DNA of 64,000 nt from an uncultured Isosphaeraceae bacterium (GTDB lineage Bacteria > Planctomycetota > Planctomycetia > Isosphaerales > Isosphaeraceae): assembly GCA_963842405.1 (NCBI GenBank), contig CAWJGW010000064.1, positions 24,781 to 88,780 on the forward strand. Reading direction: 5' to 3'. Position numbers and translations under genes: made by a program. A model generated the notes under the pieces. The model was not told the origin of the DNA. It searched no databases and worked only from the letters and a program-made list of their open reading frames with translations. Shown piece by piece: positions 11,863 through 22,076 of this stretch. Position 1 is the first letter of the stretch; the number at the start of each line of letters is the position of its first letter.

Positions 11863-14800
11863 ATGAGTCCAATCGGTTCCCCCGAGGTCGATCCGGTGGA
11901 CGAGACGACCGATCCGACCGAGCCACGCTCCCGCGATTCCTCCGTCCGGCGGCGTGGCCGGCGCGTCGTCGCCAGGCACGTCGAACGATCGCGCGAGGAC
12001 GAGACCACCGACCGCGCCGGGACGGCAGCCTGGGAAAGTCCCGGGTCCGGTTCACCGGCATCGGCACCGCAAGGCGACCCCACGGCGATCGGCCGCTACC
12101 GCGTGATCCGGCGGCTCGGCCAGGGAGGTTTCGGGCGGGTCTACCTCGCCCGCGACGACGAGCTGGACCGACCGGTCGCCGTCAAGGTGCCCAACCCCGA
12201 GCGGGTCGCCGGGCCGGAGGACGTCGCGGCGTACCTGGCCGAGGCGCGGACGCTCGCGAAGCTCGACCATCCCCACATCGTCCCGGTCTACGACGTCGGC
12301 CGGACCGACGACGGGCTCTGTTACGTCGTGTCGAAGTACGTCGAGGGGAGCGACCTGGCCGAGCGGATGCGGCAGGGGCGGCTGACGTTCCGGGAATCGG
12401 CGGAGCTGGTGGCGACCGTCGCCGAGGCGCTCCACCACGCCCACACGCGGGGCCTGGTCCACCGCGACGTCAAGCCCGCCAACATCCTCCTCGACGCCTC
12501 AGGGCAAGCCGTGCGTCGCCGACTTCGGGCTGGCGCTGAAGGACGAGGACTACGGCAAGGGGGCCCGCCTCGCCGGGACGCCCGCCTACATGAGCCCCGA
12601 GCAGGCGCGGGGGGAGGGGCACCGGGTCGACGGGCGGTCCGACGTGTTCAGCCTCGGCGTCGTCTTCTACGAGCTGCTCACCGGCCGCAGGCCGTTCCGG
12701 GGCGAGACGCCGACGGAGGTCATGGACGAGATCGCCCGGGCCGAGGAGCGGCCGCCCCGGCAGGTCGACGACACGATCCCCCGCGAGCTGGAACGGGTCT
12801 GCCAGAAGATGCTCGCCAAGCGGGCGTCGGAGCGGTACAGCACGGCCCGCGACCTCGCCGACGACCTGCGGCACTTCCTCCAGTCCGACGCCTCCGCCGG
12901 CGCCCCGGCGTCCACCCCCGGCCGTCCGCCCCGGCCCCCGGCTCGACCCTGGAGGCCACGCCGACCCCGCCCCGGCGCAGACCCGACTCCTACAGCCGCC
13001 CCGCCGTCAAGATCGTCCCCAAGGGGCTGCGGTCGTTCGACAAGAACGACGCCGACTTCTTCCTCGAGCTCCTCCCCGGCCCCCGCGACCGCGACGGCCT
13101 GCCCGATTCGCTCCGGTTCTGGAAGACCCGCATCGAGACGACCGACCCCGACACCGCCTTCAAGGTCGGCCTGATCTACGGCCCCTCGGGCTGCGGCAAG
13201 TCGTCGCTGGTCAAGGCGGGGTTGTTGCCCCGGCTGGAGAAGCACGTCCTCTCGGTTTACATCGAGGCGACGCCCGACGAGACCGAGGCCCGGCTGTTGA
13301 AGGCCCTGCGGAGGGCGTGCCCCGACCTGGCCCCGGGACTCGGACTGATCGAGACCCTCGCCGCGCTCCGGCGGGGACGTGGCCTCCGGTCCGGCCAGAA
13401 GGTGCTGCTCGTGCTCGACCAGTTCGAGCAGTGGCTGTTCGCCAGGCGGAACGAGATCGACACCGAGCTGGTCGCCGCGCTGCGGCAGTGCGACGGCGAG
13501 CGCGTCCAGGCCGTCGTGATGGTCCGCGACGACTTCTGGATGGCGGCGTCGCCGGTTCATGAGGGACCTGGAGATCCGACTCCTCGAAGGCGAGAACTCC
13601 GCCGCCGTCGACCTCTTCGACCCGCTGCACGCCCGCAAGGTCCTCGCGGCGTTCGGCCGGGCCTACGGCGTCTTGCCCGAGCACACGCCGCGACCTGTCC
13701 CCCGAGCAGAACGCCTTCCTCGACCAGGCCGTCGCCGGGCTCGCCCAGGACGGCAAGGTGATCTCCGTCCGGCTCGCCCTGTTCGCCGAGATGGTCAAGG
13801 GGAAGCCCTGGACCCCGGCCACCCTGCGCGCCGTCGGCGGGACGCAGGGCGTCGGCGTGACGTTCCTCGAGGAGACCTTCAGCGCCGCCACCGCGCCCCC
13901 CGAGCACCGCCTCCACCAGAAGGCCGCACAGGCCGTCCTGAAGGCCCTGCTGCCGCAGACGGGCACCGACATCAAGGGCCAGATGCGGTCGGTCGAGGAG
14001 CTGCGCGACGCCTCCGGCTACGCCGACCGGCCCCGCGACTTCGACGACCTCATCCGCATCCTCGACCCCGAGCTGCGGCTCATCACGCCCACCGACCCCG
14101 AAGGGGTGGTGGGTGACGGGTGGCGGGTGGCGGAGAAATACCGGGCATGACCCGACGATCGGTGATGGAGCCGGAGATCCCGCCACCCGTCACCCGCCAC
14201 CCGTTACTACCAGCTCACCCACGACTACCTCGTCCACTCCCTCCGCGACTGGCTGACCCGCAAGCAGCGCGAGACCCGTCGAGGGCGGGCGGAACTGCGG
14301 CTGGCGGAACGCTCCTCACTCTGGAACGCCAAGCCCGAGAACCGCCATTTACCCTCCGCCACGGAATGGGCGAACATCCGGCTGCTGACGAAGAGGCGGG
14401 ACTGGACCGAGCCACAGCGCCGGATGATGAAGCGCGCGGCGAGGGTGCACGGTTCCAGGGCGCTGGGATTGGTCGTGCTGGTCTCTCTGATCACCTGGGG
14501 AGCGATCGAGGGCTATGGCAGGCTCCGGGCTTCGGTCCTGGTGGAGTCCCTCCAGAAGGTCGACACGCCGGGCGTTCCGGCCATCGTCGAACAGCTCTCG
14601 GGCTATCGCCACTGGGCTGATCCTCAGTTAGTGCGTGCGGTCCAGAGTGCCGACGATCAAAGCCCGGAACATCTGCACGCCAGCCTCGCCCTTCTCCCGG
14701 TCGATGCCTCCCAGGTCGATTACCTCTTCAAGCGGCTGCTTTCCGCCACGCCTAGCGAACTTGTCGTGCTGCGTGATGCCCTCAAGCCCCACCGTGCGAG

Positions 14801-17800
14801 CCTGACCCCGAAGCTCTGGACCGTCCTCGATTCCGCCAATCCGGGCGATCCGAGCCTGCTCCCGGCGGCGAGTGCCCTGGCGGATTACGACGCCGCCAGC
14901 CCGCGCTGGGAGTCGGTGGGTGGCAAGCTGACGCAAGCCCTGATCCGAGTCAACCCGGTCTTTCTCGGTGCCTGGCTCGACGCCCTCCGTCCGGTGCGGG
15001 CACCCATCACGACGTCCCTCGAGGCAATCTTTCGGAACGTTGCAAACCTGCTCATCGACGCCGACCCCAAGGCGTTTGTGGCGTACTTCCCCATCGCCCA
15101 GTACCACGAATCGCTGACAACTCCGTTGCTCCAGGCGGAGCTCGCCAGGAAACTCACGTTGTCGTGGAATGACCCTCCCCTCGATCCCTCCTGGACCACG
15201 CCAGACCCCACGCTCACCGGCCAGATCGAATCGGCCCAGGGGATGCTTGCCGAGCGATTCGCCTTCTGTCAGACGATGCCCCTGGACGAGTCCCTCACGA
15301 CCGCCGAGGATCTCCGCAAGTCGGGATACCGCCCCATACGCTTCCGTCCCTATGGCGATGGGGGGACGGTTCGCGTGTCGGCGGTCTGGACTCGTGACGG
15401 GCGTCCCTGGCGAATGGCTCACGATCAGACCGCCGACGCGATTCGCCAGATCCGACGAGCGGAACCGCAAGGAGGGATACCTTCCGGTCGAGGTCGCCGG
15501 ATATCTGGCCGCGGGGAGGCAGGAGGGCAAACCCACCTCCCGCTTCGCCGCCCTGTGGGCGCAGCGGACCGGACCAGACGACGATGCCCGCATGGTTCTG
15601 GCGTCATCCGCCGCCGAACTCACGAAGCTCCAGGTACAACTCAAGAAGGCCGGGCTGGTCCCCCTGGCGTCACATGCCTGGCGGCAAGCGGATAACAAGC
15701 TGAGCTACTCCGGGGTCTGGCACAAGACGGCCGTCGGAACCACCGACACGGGGTCGTTCCAGAGTGGTCTGCTGGAAGCGAACCTCCCCGGCGTGGTCGA
15801 GAAGGAATCTGGCTCCCTGATCGACCTGGACCTCGCTGTGGCACCCCCGCCGCCCAGCCCCAAGGAGCGTGCCGCCTCGGCTCTGCAAGCGGCGGAAGCC
15901 GCCCTCAAGGCCAACCCGGATGATCTCAACGCTCGGCTCGCTCGGGCGTCGGCTCACTTACAGCTTGGCGAGAGCCAGAAGGCCATTGACGACCTCGATG
16001 CCGTCATCAAGAAGTCCCCGCAACTAAAGACCCAGGCTTATCAGTTCCGTGCCATCGCCCACGCCCGGCTGGGTCACAAGGACCAGGCGAGGGCGGATCG
16101 GGAGAATTTCGAGAGAGGAAACGAGCAGCGAGAGCCAGAAACTCTACCTGGCGGTCATCGTGGCCGCGGAACTGGGTGAGGGAGCCGACCAGGCGTTGGA
16201 GAGGCTCGAAGCGGCCCTCAAGAGCCAGCCCCAGGATTCCGGTCTGCACTACGATGCCGCCTGTGCCTACGCCCTGGCATCTCAGGCGGTTGCCCGGATG
16301 GACCAGGCGAGGGGTCAGTCGCTGTCGGAGCGAGCCCTCAGCCTGCTCCGCAAGGCGATCGAGAACGGCTACACCGATTACCGTCACATGCAGGAGGACG
16401 CCGACCTCGATCCCATCCGAGACCTCCCGGCGTTCGCCGAGATCATGAAGGCGGCGCATCCGGAACGATCCTACGCCGCCGTCTGGAAGGGCGATAGTCC
16501 CTTCGAGGCGAATCCAATCATTGGTCTCGACCCGACCACTCACCTCCGGCGGTGCCGGGAACTCGAGGCGCAGGGCTATCGCATGGTCGCTCTCTCGGTC
16601 GCCCGGACTTCCCCCGAGGGACCGCTGGTGACCGCCTCGGTCTGGCACCGCCCGGTCATCACGGAAGAGACCAGGGACCGACTGGCGGAACGTCAAGCTC
16701 GGGCGGCGGTCGCCCTCTTTCGGATGGGGAAAGCCGGTGAAATCCTGCCCTTGCTGCGTCACAGTGCCGACCCCCGACTGAGGAGCTTCATCGTCAACTG
16801 GCTCAGCCCTCTCGGAGCCGACCCCGGCACCATCGCTGCCGAGCTTGACCGACTGGATTCTCCCGCCACCCGCCACGCGCCACCCGTCACCCCAAAGATG
16901 GACGCCATCCTCTTCCACCCTGAGACCTCGCAGCGGCGGGCGTTGATCCTGGCGTTGGGGACGTACGGGACCGAAGGGCTGTCTCCCGGCGAGCGGGACC
17001 CCGATCGGCAAGCTGCTCGACCTCTACCGCAACGACATCTGTGCCCGCCAACGCCCTGGTCGCCCTCTCGCCGGCTTGATCGGCAAGCTGCTCGACCTCT
17101 ACCGCAACGACCCCGACAGCGGCATCCACGGGGCGGCGGGATGGACCCTGCGGCAATGGGGGCAGCAGGCGAACCTTCTCGCCGCGGACGCCGAGTTGAT
17201 GACGGTCAAGGATCGGGGCCAACGCAGGTGGTACGTGAACAGCCAGGGGCAGACGTTTGCCGTCATCGAGGGACCAGTGGAGTTCCGCATGGGGTCGCCG
17301 CACGGTGAGCCGGAGCGATCCGGCGGCGAAATTCTACACCGGGTACAGATCCCCCGCCGTTTCGCCATTGCCGCCACCGAGGTGACGGTCGAGCAGTATC
17401 GGGAGTTCGTGAAGGAGAATCCCGGCGTCGATCATGCCACCAGTGATCGGTACAGCCCCGACCCCAAAGGCCCGATGAATAACGTGACTTGGTATGACGC
17501 CGCCGCCTATTGCAACTGGCTCAGCCGAAAAGAGGATCTGCCGGTGTGTTACGAGCCGAACGAGGGTGGCCAGTATGCGGCGGGCATGCGGATCAAGGCC
17601 GATGCCTTGAAGCTCCCCGGCTATCGGCTTCCGACCGAGGCGGAATGGGAGTATGCGTGCCGTTCCGGGGCAGCCACCAGCCGCTACTATGGTTCGAGCC
17701 TTGACCTGCTGGGCCGGTATGCTCGATACACGGCAGACATCCCAGGGCCGGACCGGGCCGTGCGGGAGCTTGCTGCCCAACGACCTGGGCTTGTCGGACA

Positions 17801-18043
17801 TGCTGGGGAACGTGTGGGAGTGGTGTCAGGATCAGTACTTGCCGTACAGGACGGATGGAACGCCAGTTTTAGATTTATATATTAATAGATAAGAATATAT
17901 AAATCAAACAAACCCTCGTCTGCTCCGGGGCTGGGCGCACAACTCTCATCCGGCGTACGTCCGCTCGGCGTTCCGTAACAGGCTCGCCCCGGCGTACCGT
18001 AACGCGCTCAACGGCTTCCGCCCCTCCAGGACTTGCAACTGAT
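11863..18043 (+). CDS. Giant Ser/Thr protein kinase - P-loop STAND-like NTPase - helical/TPR region - FGE-sulfatase (SUMF1) domain protein; multiple frame disruptions and in-frame stops
   Basis: - Kinase: GRYRVIRRLGQGGFGRVY, HRDVKPANILLD, then [16 protein letters not shown] in the frame of ORF 12590..13174.
- NTPase: GLIYGPSGCGKSSLVKAGLLPRL, LLVLDQFEQW.
- YYQLTHDYLVHSLRDWL, then a TM helix in ORF 14424..15695.
- TPR-like region in ORFs 15169..16179 and 16049..17308.
- FGE domain in ORF 17076..17885 (NNVTWYDAAAYCNWLS, RLPTEAEWEYACR, GNVWEWCQD, ..NGFRPSRTCN, stop at 18041..18043). Confidence 0.8.
14111..14195. repeat. 17-bp perfect inverted repeat (GGGTGACGGGTGGCGGG / CCCGCCACCCGTCACCC) with 51-nt spacer inside the kinase-NTPase gene
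   Basis: Read directly: 14111..14127 is the reverse complement of 14179..14195. The spacer carries two in-frame TGA codons (14148..14150 and 14163..14165). A related GCCACCC/GTCACCC heptamer run recurs at about 16862..16893. Confidence 0.85.
17003..17111 (+). repeat. 34-bp perfect direct repeat (period 75 bp) inside the coding sequence
   Basis: GATCGGCAAGCTGCTCGACCTCTACCGCAACGAC occurs at 17003..17036 and again at 17078..17111. It duplicates the peptide IGKLLDLYRND around a 41-nt unique insert. Confidence 0.9.
17873..17904. repeat. AT-rich perfect palindrome (11-bp arms, 10-nt loop) within the FGE-domain coding region
   Basis: ATTTATATATT (17873..17883) is the reverse complement of AATATATAAAT (17894..17904). 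It is embedded in an AT-rich stretch of about 48 nt (17866..17913) in otherwise high-GC DNA, and contains an in-frame TAA at 17890..17892. Confidence 0.9.
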
Positions 18044-18257
18044 CTACTTTATATCTTTACTAATTCCGCCTTTCTGCCTTACGATTAGCATTTGTAAATT
18101 TGATTGATTTCCTGAGCACACTCACCCGGCGAAGCCGGGTCGGACCCAAGACGCCAACCTGGCGATTGACGTGGCAGGAAGAGCGAACCAGGCACCACGG
18201 GAGTTGCCCCGCCGTCCCGGGCGCTGGTAAAATGCTCGTGAATTGAGGAGGCTCATC

Positions 18258-18983
18258 ATGCCGATCCACGACTGGACCCGACTCGAACCGGGTGACTTTC
18301 ACCACTTCCACCAGGGTTGGGTGGTGAACCTGACCAACGACTTGAATAGCGGACTGTTGCCACCCGATTACATGGCGATGACGGAGCAGGTCACCGGCCG
18401 CCCGATCCCGGATGTTGTGACCTTGCGCACTCGGGAGCCCAAAGACGACCCAGGCGGGATCGCCGTCGCCACGGCCCCGCCAACCGCCCGGGTGATTGCT
18501 AAGTTCGAGAAGATCACTTACGCCAAGAGGGCGGACCGGGTCGTCATCCGGCACGGCCGTGGTAAGGTCGTCGCGATCATCGAGATCATCTCCCCGGGAA
18601 ACAAGGACAGCCGGAACGCAATCCGGACGTTCGTCGAGAAAGCGGCCGACATCCTGAACCAGGGAGTGAATCTGCTCGTGGTGGACCTTTTCCCCCCGAC
18701 GCCGCGCGACCCCCAGGGGATTCACAAGGCGATCTGGGACGAGTTCGGTGACGAGCCGTTCGAAGCCCCGCCGGGCAAGCCTCTGACCGTCGCGTCGTAC
18801 ATCGGCGGCGACCTTCCGACGGCCTACGTGGAGTCAGTCGGCGTTGGCGACCCGCTACCGTCGTTCCCGATCTTCCTCTCGGAGACCCGATACATCCCGG
18901 CTCCCTTGGAGGCGACCTACATGCGAGCCTGGGCGATGTTCCCGGCCTTGCTCAAAGAACTCATCGACCCGACGACTGGCTGA
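18258..18983 (+). CDS. DUF4058 family protein (PD-(D/E)xK-like fold family)
   Basis: ATG at 18258 is preceded by GAGGAGG (18245..18251). The N-terminus MPIHDWTRLEPGDFHHFHQGWV and IIEIISPGNK match what I recall for DUF4058 proteins. The ORF is intact. Confidence 0.6.
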   Translation: MPIHDWTRLEPGDFHHFHQGWVVNLTNDLNSGLLPPDYMAMTEQVTGRPIPDVVTLRTREPKDDPGGIAVATAPPTARVIAKFEKITYAKRADRVVIRHGRGKVVAIIEIISPGNKDSRNAIRTFVEKAADILNQGVNLLVVDLFPPTPRDPQGIHKAIWDEFGDEPFEAPPGKPLTVASYIGGDLPTAYVESVGVGDPLPSFPIFLSETRYIPAPLEATYMRAWAMFPALLKELIDPTTG

Positions 18984-19349
18984 CATACCGCACGAGGTCG
19001 ATGCTCGGCTTTCGGGAATGACACGTTATCGGTCCTTGACAGGGCCTCCGCGGAGGCGCACTCTGGGAAGAGCGCGAGCGACGATCGGATCGGATTTGTG
19101 AGATCGCCTCACGCTTGGGTTGCACGCTCGCCAGATACCGATGCGAATGCAACCCCTGCGTGTACGCAATCCAATCGTTAATCGCTCGAAACCGTCCCGC
19201 CGGTCACGACTCCGTTAGAACCTCCCCCAGACGACTCCGATTCACGCTGAACCATTAACGCGTCATTGGTCATTGATGACTCTGCCCGAGGCCACCGAAG
19301 CTTCGGAGAGGCAAGCAAGCGCTCGACACCAAGGACAAAGGATCAAATC

Positions 19350-20740
19350 ATGAACCGGAGGCAAATGCTTCGGATCGGCGGCCTTGGGTCGTTGGGCCTT
19401 TCGCTGCCGGGGCTGTTGCGGGCCGAGGCCGAGAGGCTGGTGTCGCCGGGACGAGCCGGGACGACACCGATCCGGTCGTGCATCCTGCTGTTCTATTATG
19501 GCGGACCCAGCCACATCGACACGGTCGACATGAAGCCTCGGGCTCCGGCGGAGGTGCGCGGCGCGTTCGGCTCGATCGCGACGAGCGTGCCCGGGATGAG
19601 GGTCTGCGAACACCTGCCGTACACATCGCGGGTGATGGACCGCGTGGCGGTCGTCCGCAGCATGCACCACCCGATGACGAACCACAACGCGGCTGCGTTC
19701 ACGGCGATGTGCGGGCGCAACCCGCTGAAGGGGGACCTCGAGCTCCTGGGCAACGACCGCAACGATCCGCCCTGCTACGGCGCGATCCTGAGCGCGACGA
19801 TGCCGGAGCGCCGGGGCCTGCCCACATCGGTGGCATTGCCGCACGTGCTGTACAACGTGGTGCAGCTCCCCGGCCAGATCGCGGGCTTCCTGGGCTCGGC
19901 GCACGACCCGTTCCAGGTCAGCGCCGATCCCAACTCGCCCGACTTCCGCCTGGGCGAGCTGGAGCTGCCCGGCGACGTGTCGATCGACCGGCTGGATGAC
20001 CGGGCCGCACTCTTGCGCGGCTCGACGCCCGTCGCCGACGCATCGAGGCTCGAGCCGAGGCCGAAGTCAAGGCCGGGGCAGGGGAGAGCCACACCGCGCA
20101 CGGGATCGATCCGTGCGACGTCTACACGGAGAAAGCGTTCCGGCTGCTCCACTCTCCGGCCGTGCGCAAAGCGTTCGACCTGGGCGTGGAAGACCCGAAG
20201 CTCCGCGACCGATACGGCCGGACCAAGCTCGGCCAGAGCGTGCTCCTGGCCCGACGGCTGGTCGAGGCCGGCGTCCGATTCGTCTCGGTCTACGACGGAC
20301 AGTACAACGGCCAGGACGCCAACTGGGACGCCCACGCGAGCGTCTTCCCGAGGCTCAAGGACCACCTGCTCCCGCCGTCCGACCGGGCCTTCGCCGCGCT
20401 GATCGACGACCTGAGCGGCCGCGGCCTGCTGGAGGAGACCCTGGTCATCGCCATGGGCGAGTTCGGCCGCACGCCCAAGATCAACGGCACCGCCGGGCGC
20501 GACCACTGGCCTTATTGCTACAGCGTGCTCCTGGCCGGCGGCGGAATCCGGGGCGGGATCACGTACGGCTCGAGCGACAAGCTGGGTGCCTACCCCGACA
20601 CCGACGCCGTCACCCCCGGCGACCTCGCCGCCACGTTGTTCTGGCGGCTGGGCCTCGACCCGACGCGGGAGATGATCGACCTCACCGGCCGGCCCTACAA
20701 GCTCGCCGACGGCCAGCCCATCCGGGCGATCTTCGGCTGA
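19350..20740 (+). CDS. DUF1501 domain protein (sulfatase-like, Tat signal), frame-disrupted
   Basis: Tat-type leader MNRRQMLRIGGLGSLGLSLPGLL. FYYGGPSHIDTVDMKP is in ORF 19266..20402. The C-part is in ORF 20162..20740 (AMGEFGRTPKINGTAGRDHWPYCYSVLLAGGGIRGG). The frame changes around 20030-20160. Confidence 0.8.
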
Positions 20741-20803
20741 TGGCAATCTCCGATCCGTGATACAATCAAGCTTTCGCGAACCATTACCGGGGAGGTGCCG
20801 ACC

Positions 20804-21022
20804 ATGAAGACCATTGAATTTCAGTCGCAGCTCAATCCGGACCGGACGCTGACGGTTCCCGCCTCGGTGGTGGGCGCCATTCCCATCGGTCAGACGGTCC
20901 GCGTGTTGGTCCTCCTCGCCGAAAACGATACCGACCCGGAGTGGGAACAACTCACGGCCGAGGAATTCGGCCAGGGATACGCCGACACGGATGCCGTCTA
21001 TGATCAACTATCAACCGGGTGA
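20804..21022 (+). CDS. Small AbrB/SpoVT-like (antitoxin-like) protein
   Basis: ATG at 20804 lies 8 nt after GGAGG. It is a 72-aa acidic-tailed protein (MKTIEFQSQLNPDRTLTVPASVVGAIPIGQTVRVLVL). The family assignment is tentative. Confidence 0.4.
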   Translation: MKTIEFQSQLNPDRTLTVPASVVGAIPIGQTVRVLVLLAENDTDPEWEQLTAEEFGQGYADTDAVYDQLSTG

Positions 21023-21103
21023 TCGCGGCAACTTGGTGGCCGCGACGTCTCCAACACAACGATGCGGAAAACCGCACGAATCGCCCTGGAACGAGATCGA
21101 GCG

Positions 21104-21517
21104 ATGGCAATTCAGACCTTGACCGTTCGACTTCCTGATCGACTCTACGCACAGCTTCGGCATCGTGCCCAACAGGCAAATCGCACTGTTGAAGCCGAAT
21201 TGGTCGAGCTGGTGGCGACAGCCATGCCGGAGCAAGAAAGACTCCCGGCCGAGCTCAGCACGGAACTCGCGGGATTGGAACACCTCGACGACGAAGCCCT
21301 GTGGCAAGCCGCAAAGAGCCGCCTGGCCTCGGCGATGGCCCGGCGCACGGAGAAGCTGCATCACAAACGACAGCGCGAGGGGCTCACCGAGGCCGAAGGG
21401 CAAGCTCTCGCCGAACTGGTGCAGCAATATGAACGGGCAATGTTGATCCGCGCCCAGGCCGCTGTTTTGTTGAAACAACGCGGCCATGACGTCTCGAAGC
21501 TGGTCGCCGTGGGATGA
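21104..21517 (+). CDS. Ribbon-helix-helix-like small protein, partner of the downstream HNH gene
   Basis: MAIQTLTVRLPDRLYAQLRHRAQQANRTVEAELVELV has an RHH-type beta-alpha-alpha start. Its stop overlaps the ATG of the HNH gene (ATGA at 21514..21517). Confidence 0.45.
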   Translation: MAIQTLTVRLPDRLYAQLRHRAQQANRTVEAELVELVATAMPEQERLPAELSTELAGLEHLDDEALWQAAKSRLASAMARRTEKLHHKRQREGLTEAEGQALAELVQQYERAMLIRAQAAVLLKQRGHDVSKLVAVG

Positions 21518-21942
21518 GCCGGTCATATATCTCCAAGGCCCTGCGTGCCAAGGTCCGTGCTCAATCGCGCTATCGTTGCGGTTATTGTCTGACCCAGGAG
21601 GCCGTCGTGGGCACGCCCATGGAACTCGATCACCTCGTCCCGGAAGCCCTTGGCGGCCGAACTGTGGAAGGAAACCTCTGGCTCGCCTGCTCGCTGTGCA
21701 ACGACGCCAAGGGTTGTCGGATCGCGGCCCGCGACCCCGTCTCTGGTGAGGTTGTCCGCCTGTTCAATCCCCGTGAGCAAGCCTGGTCCGATCACTTTCG
21801 CTGGTCGGAAGCCGGGGATCACATCCTGGGCTCGACTTTGACCGGACGCGCCACAGTCAACGCGCTGAATCTGAACCGCCCCACGCTGGTGCGGGCGAGG
21901 CAAGCCTGGATCGCCGTGGGATGGCATCCCCCACCGGATTGA
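21514..21942 (+). CDS. HNH endonuclease
   Basis: YRCGYCL...ELDHLVPEALGG...NLWLACSLCNDAKG shows an HNH/zinc-finger arrangement. The ORF is intact at 142 aa. Confidence 0.75.
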   Translation: MSRSYISKALRAKVRAQSRYRCGYCLTQEAVVGTPMELDHLVPEALGGRTVEGNLWLACSLCNDAKGCRIAARDPVSGEVVRLFNPREQAWSDHFRWSEAGDHILGSTLTGRATVNALNLNRPTLVRARQAWIAVGWHPPPD

Positions 21943-22076
21943 GTGGCTCCGTCCAAGAACTGCCCTTGTCCTTTTCCAGTCGATCCGTATACTGCTCGCT
22001 CGACCGGGCCGGCACTCATGCTCCCGGTGCGCACGTCTTCGGTCAATTCGATCTCGATGCCGGCGGAGTCTCGACA

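Noticed and set aside
14148-14165. The two in-frame TGA codons as selenocysteine or programmed read-through sites.
   Set aside because: I could identify no SECIS-like context immediately 3' of a single UGA. There are two stops 15 nt apart inside an inverted-repeat insert. The surrounding peptide is not a redox motif.
17076-18043. The FGE/C-type-lectin-fold C-terminus as the variable region of a diversity-generating retroelement.
   Set aside because: There is no reverse transcriptase gene, and no second copy (template repeat) of the last 130 nt or so anywhere in the 64 kb. It is kept only as a whole-genome check in a finding.
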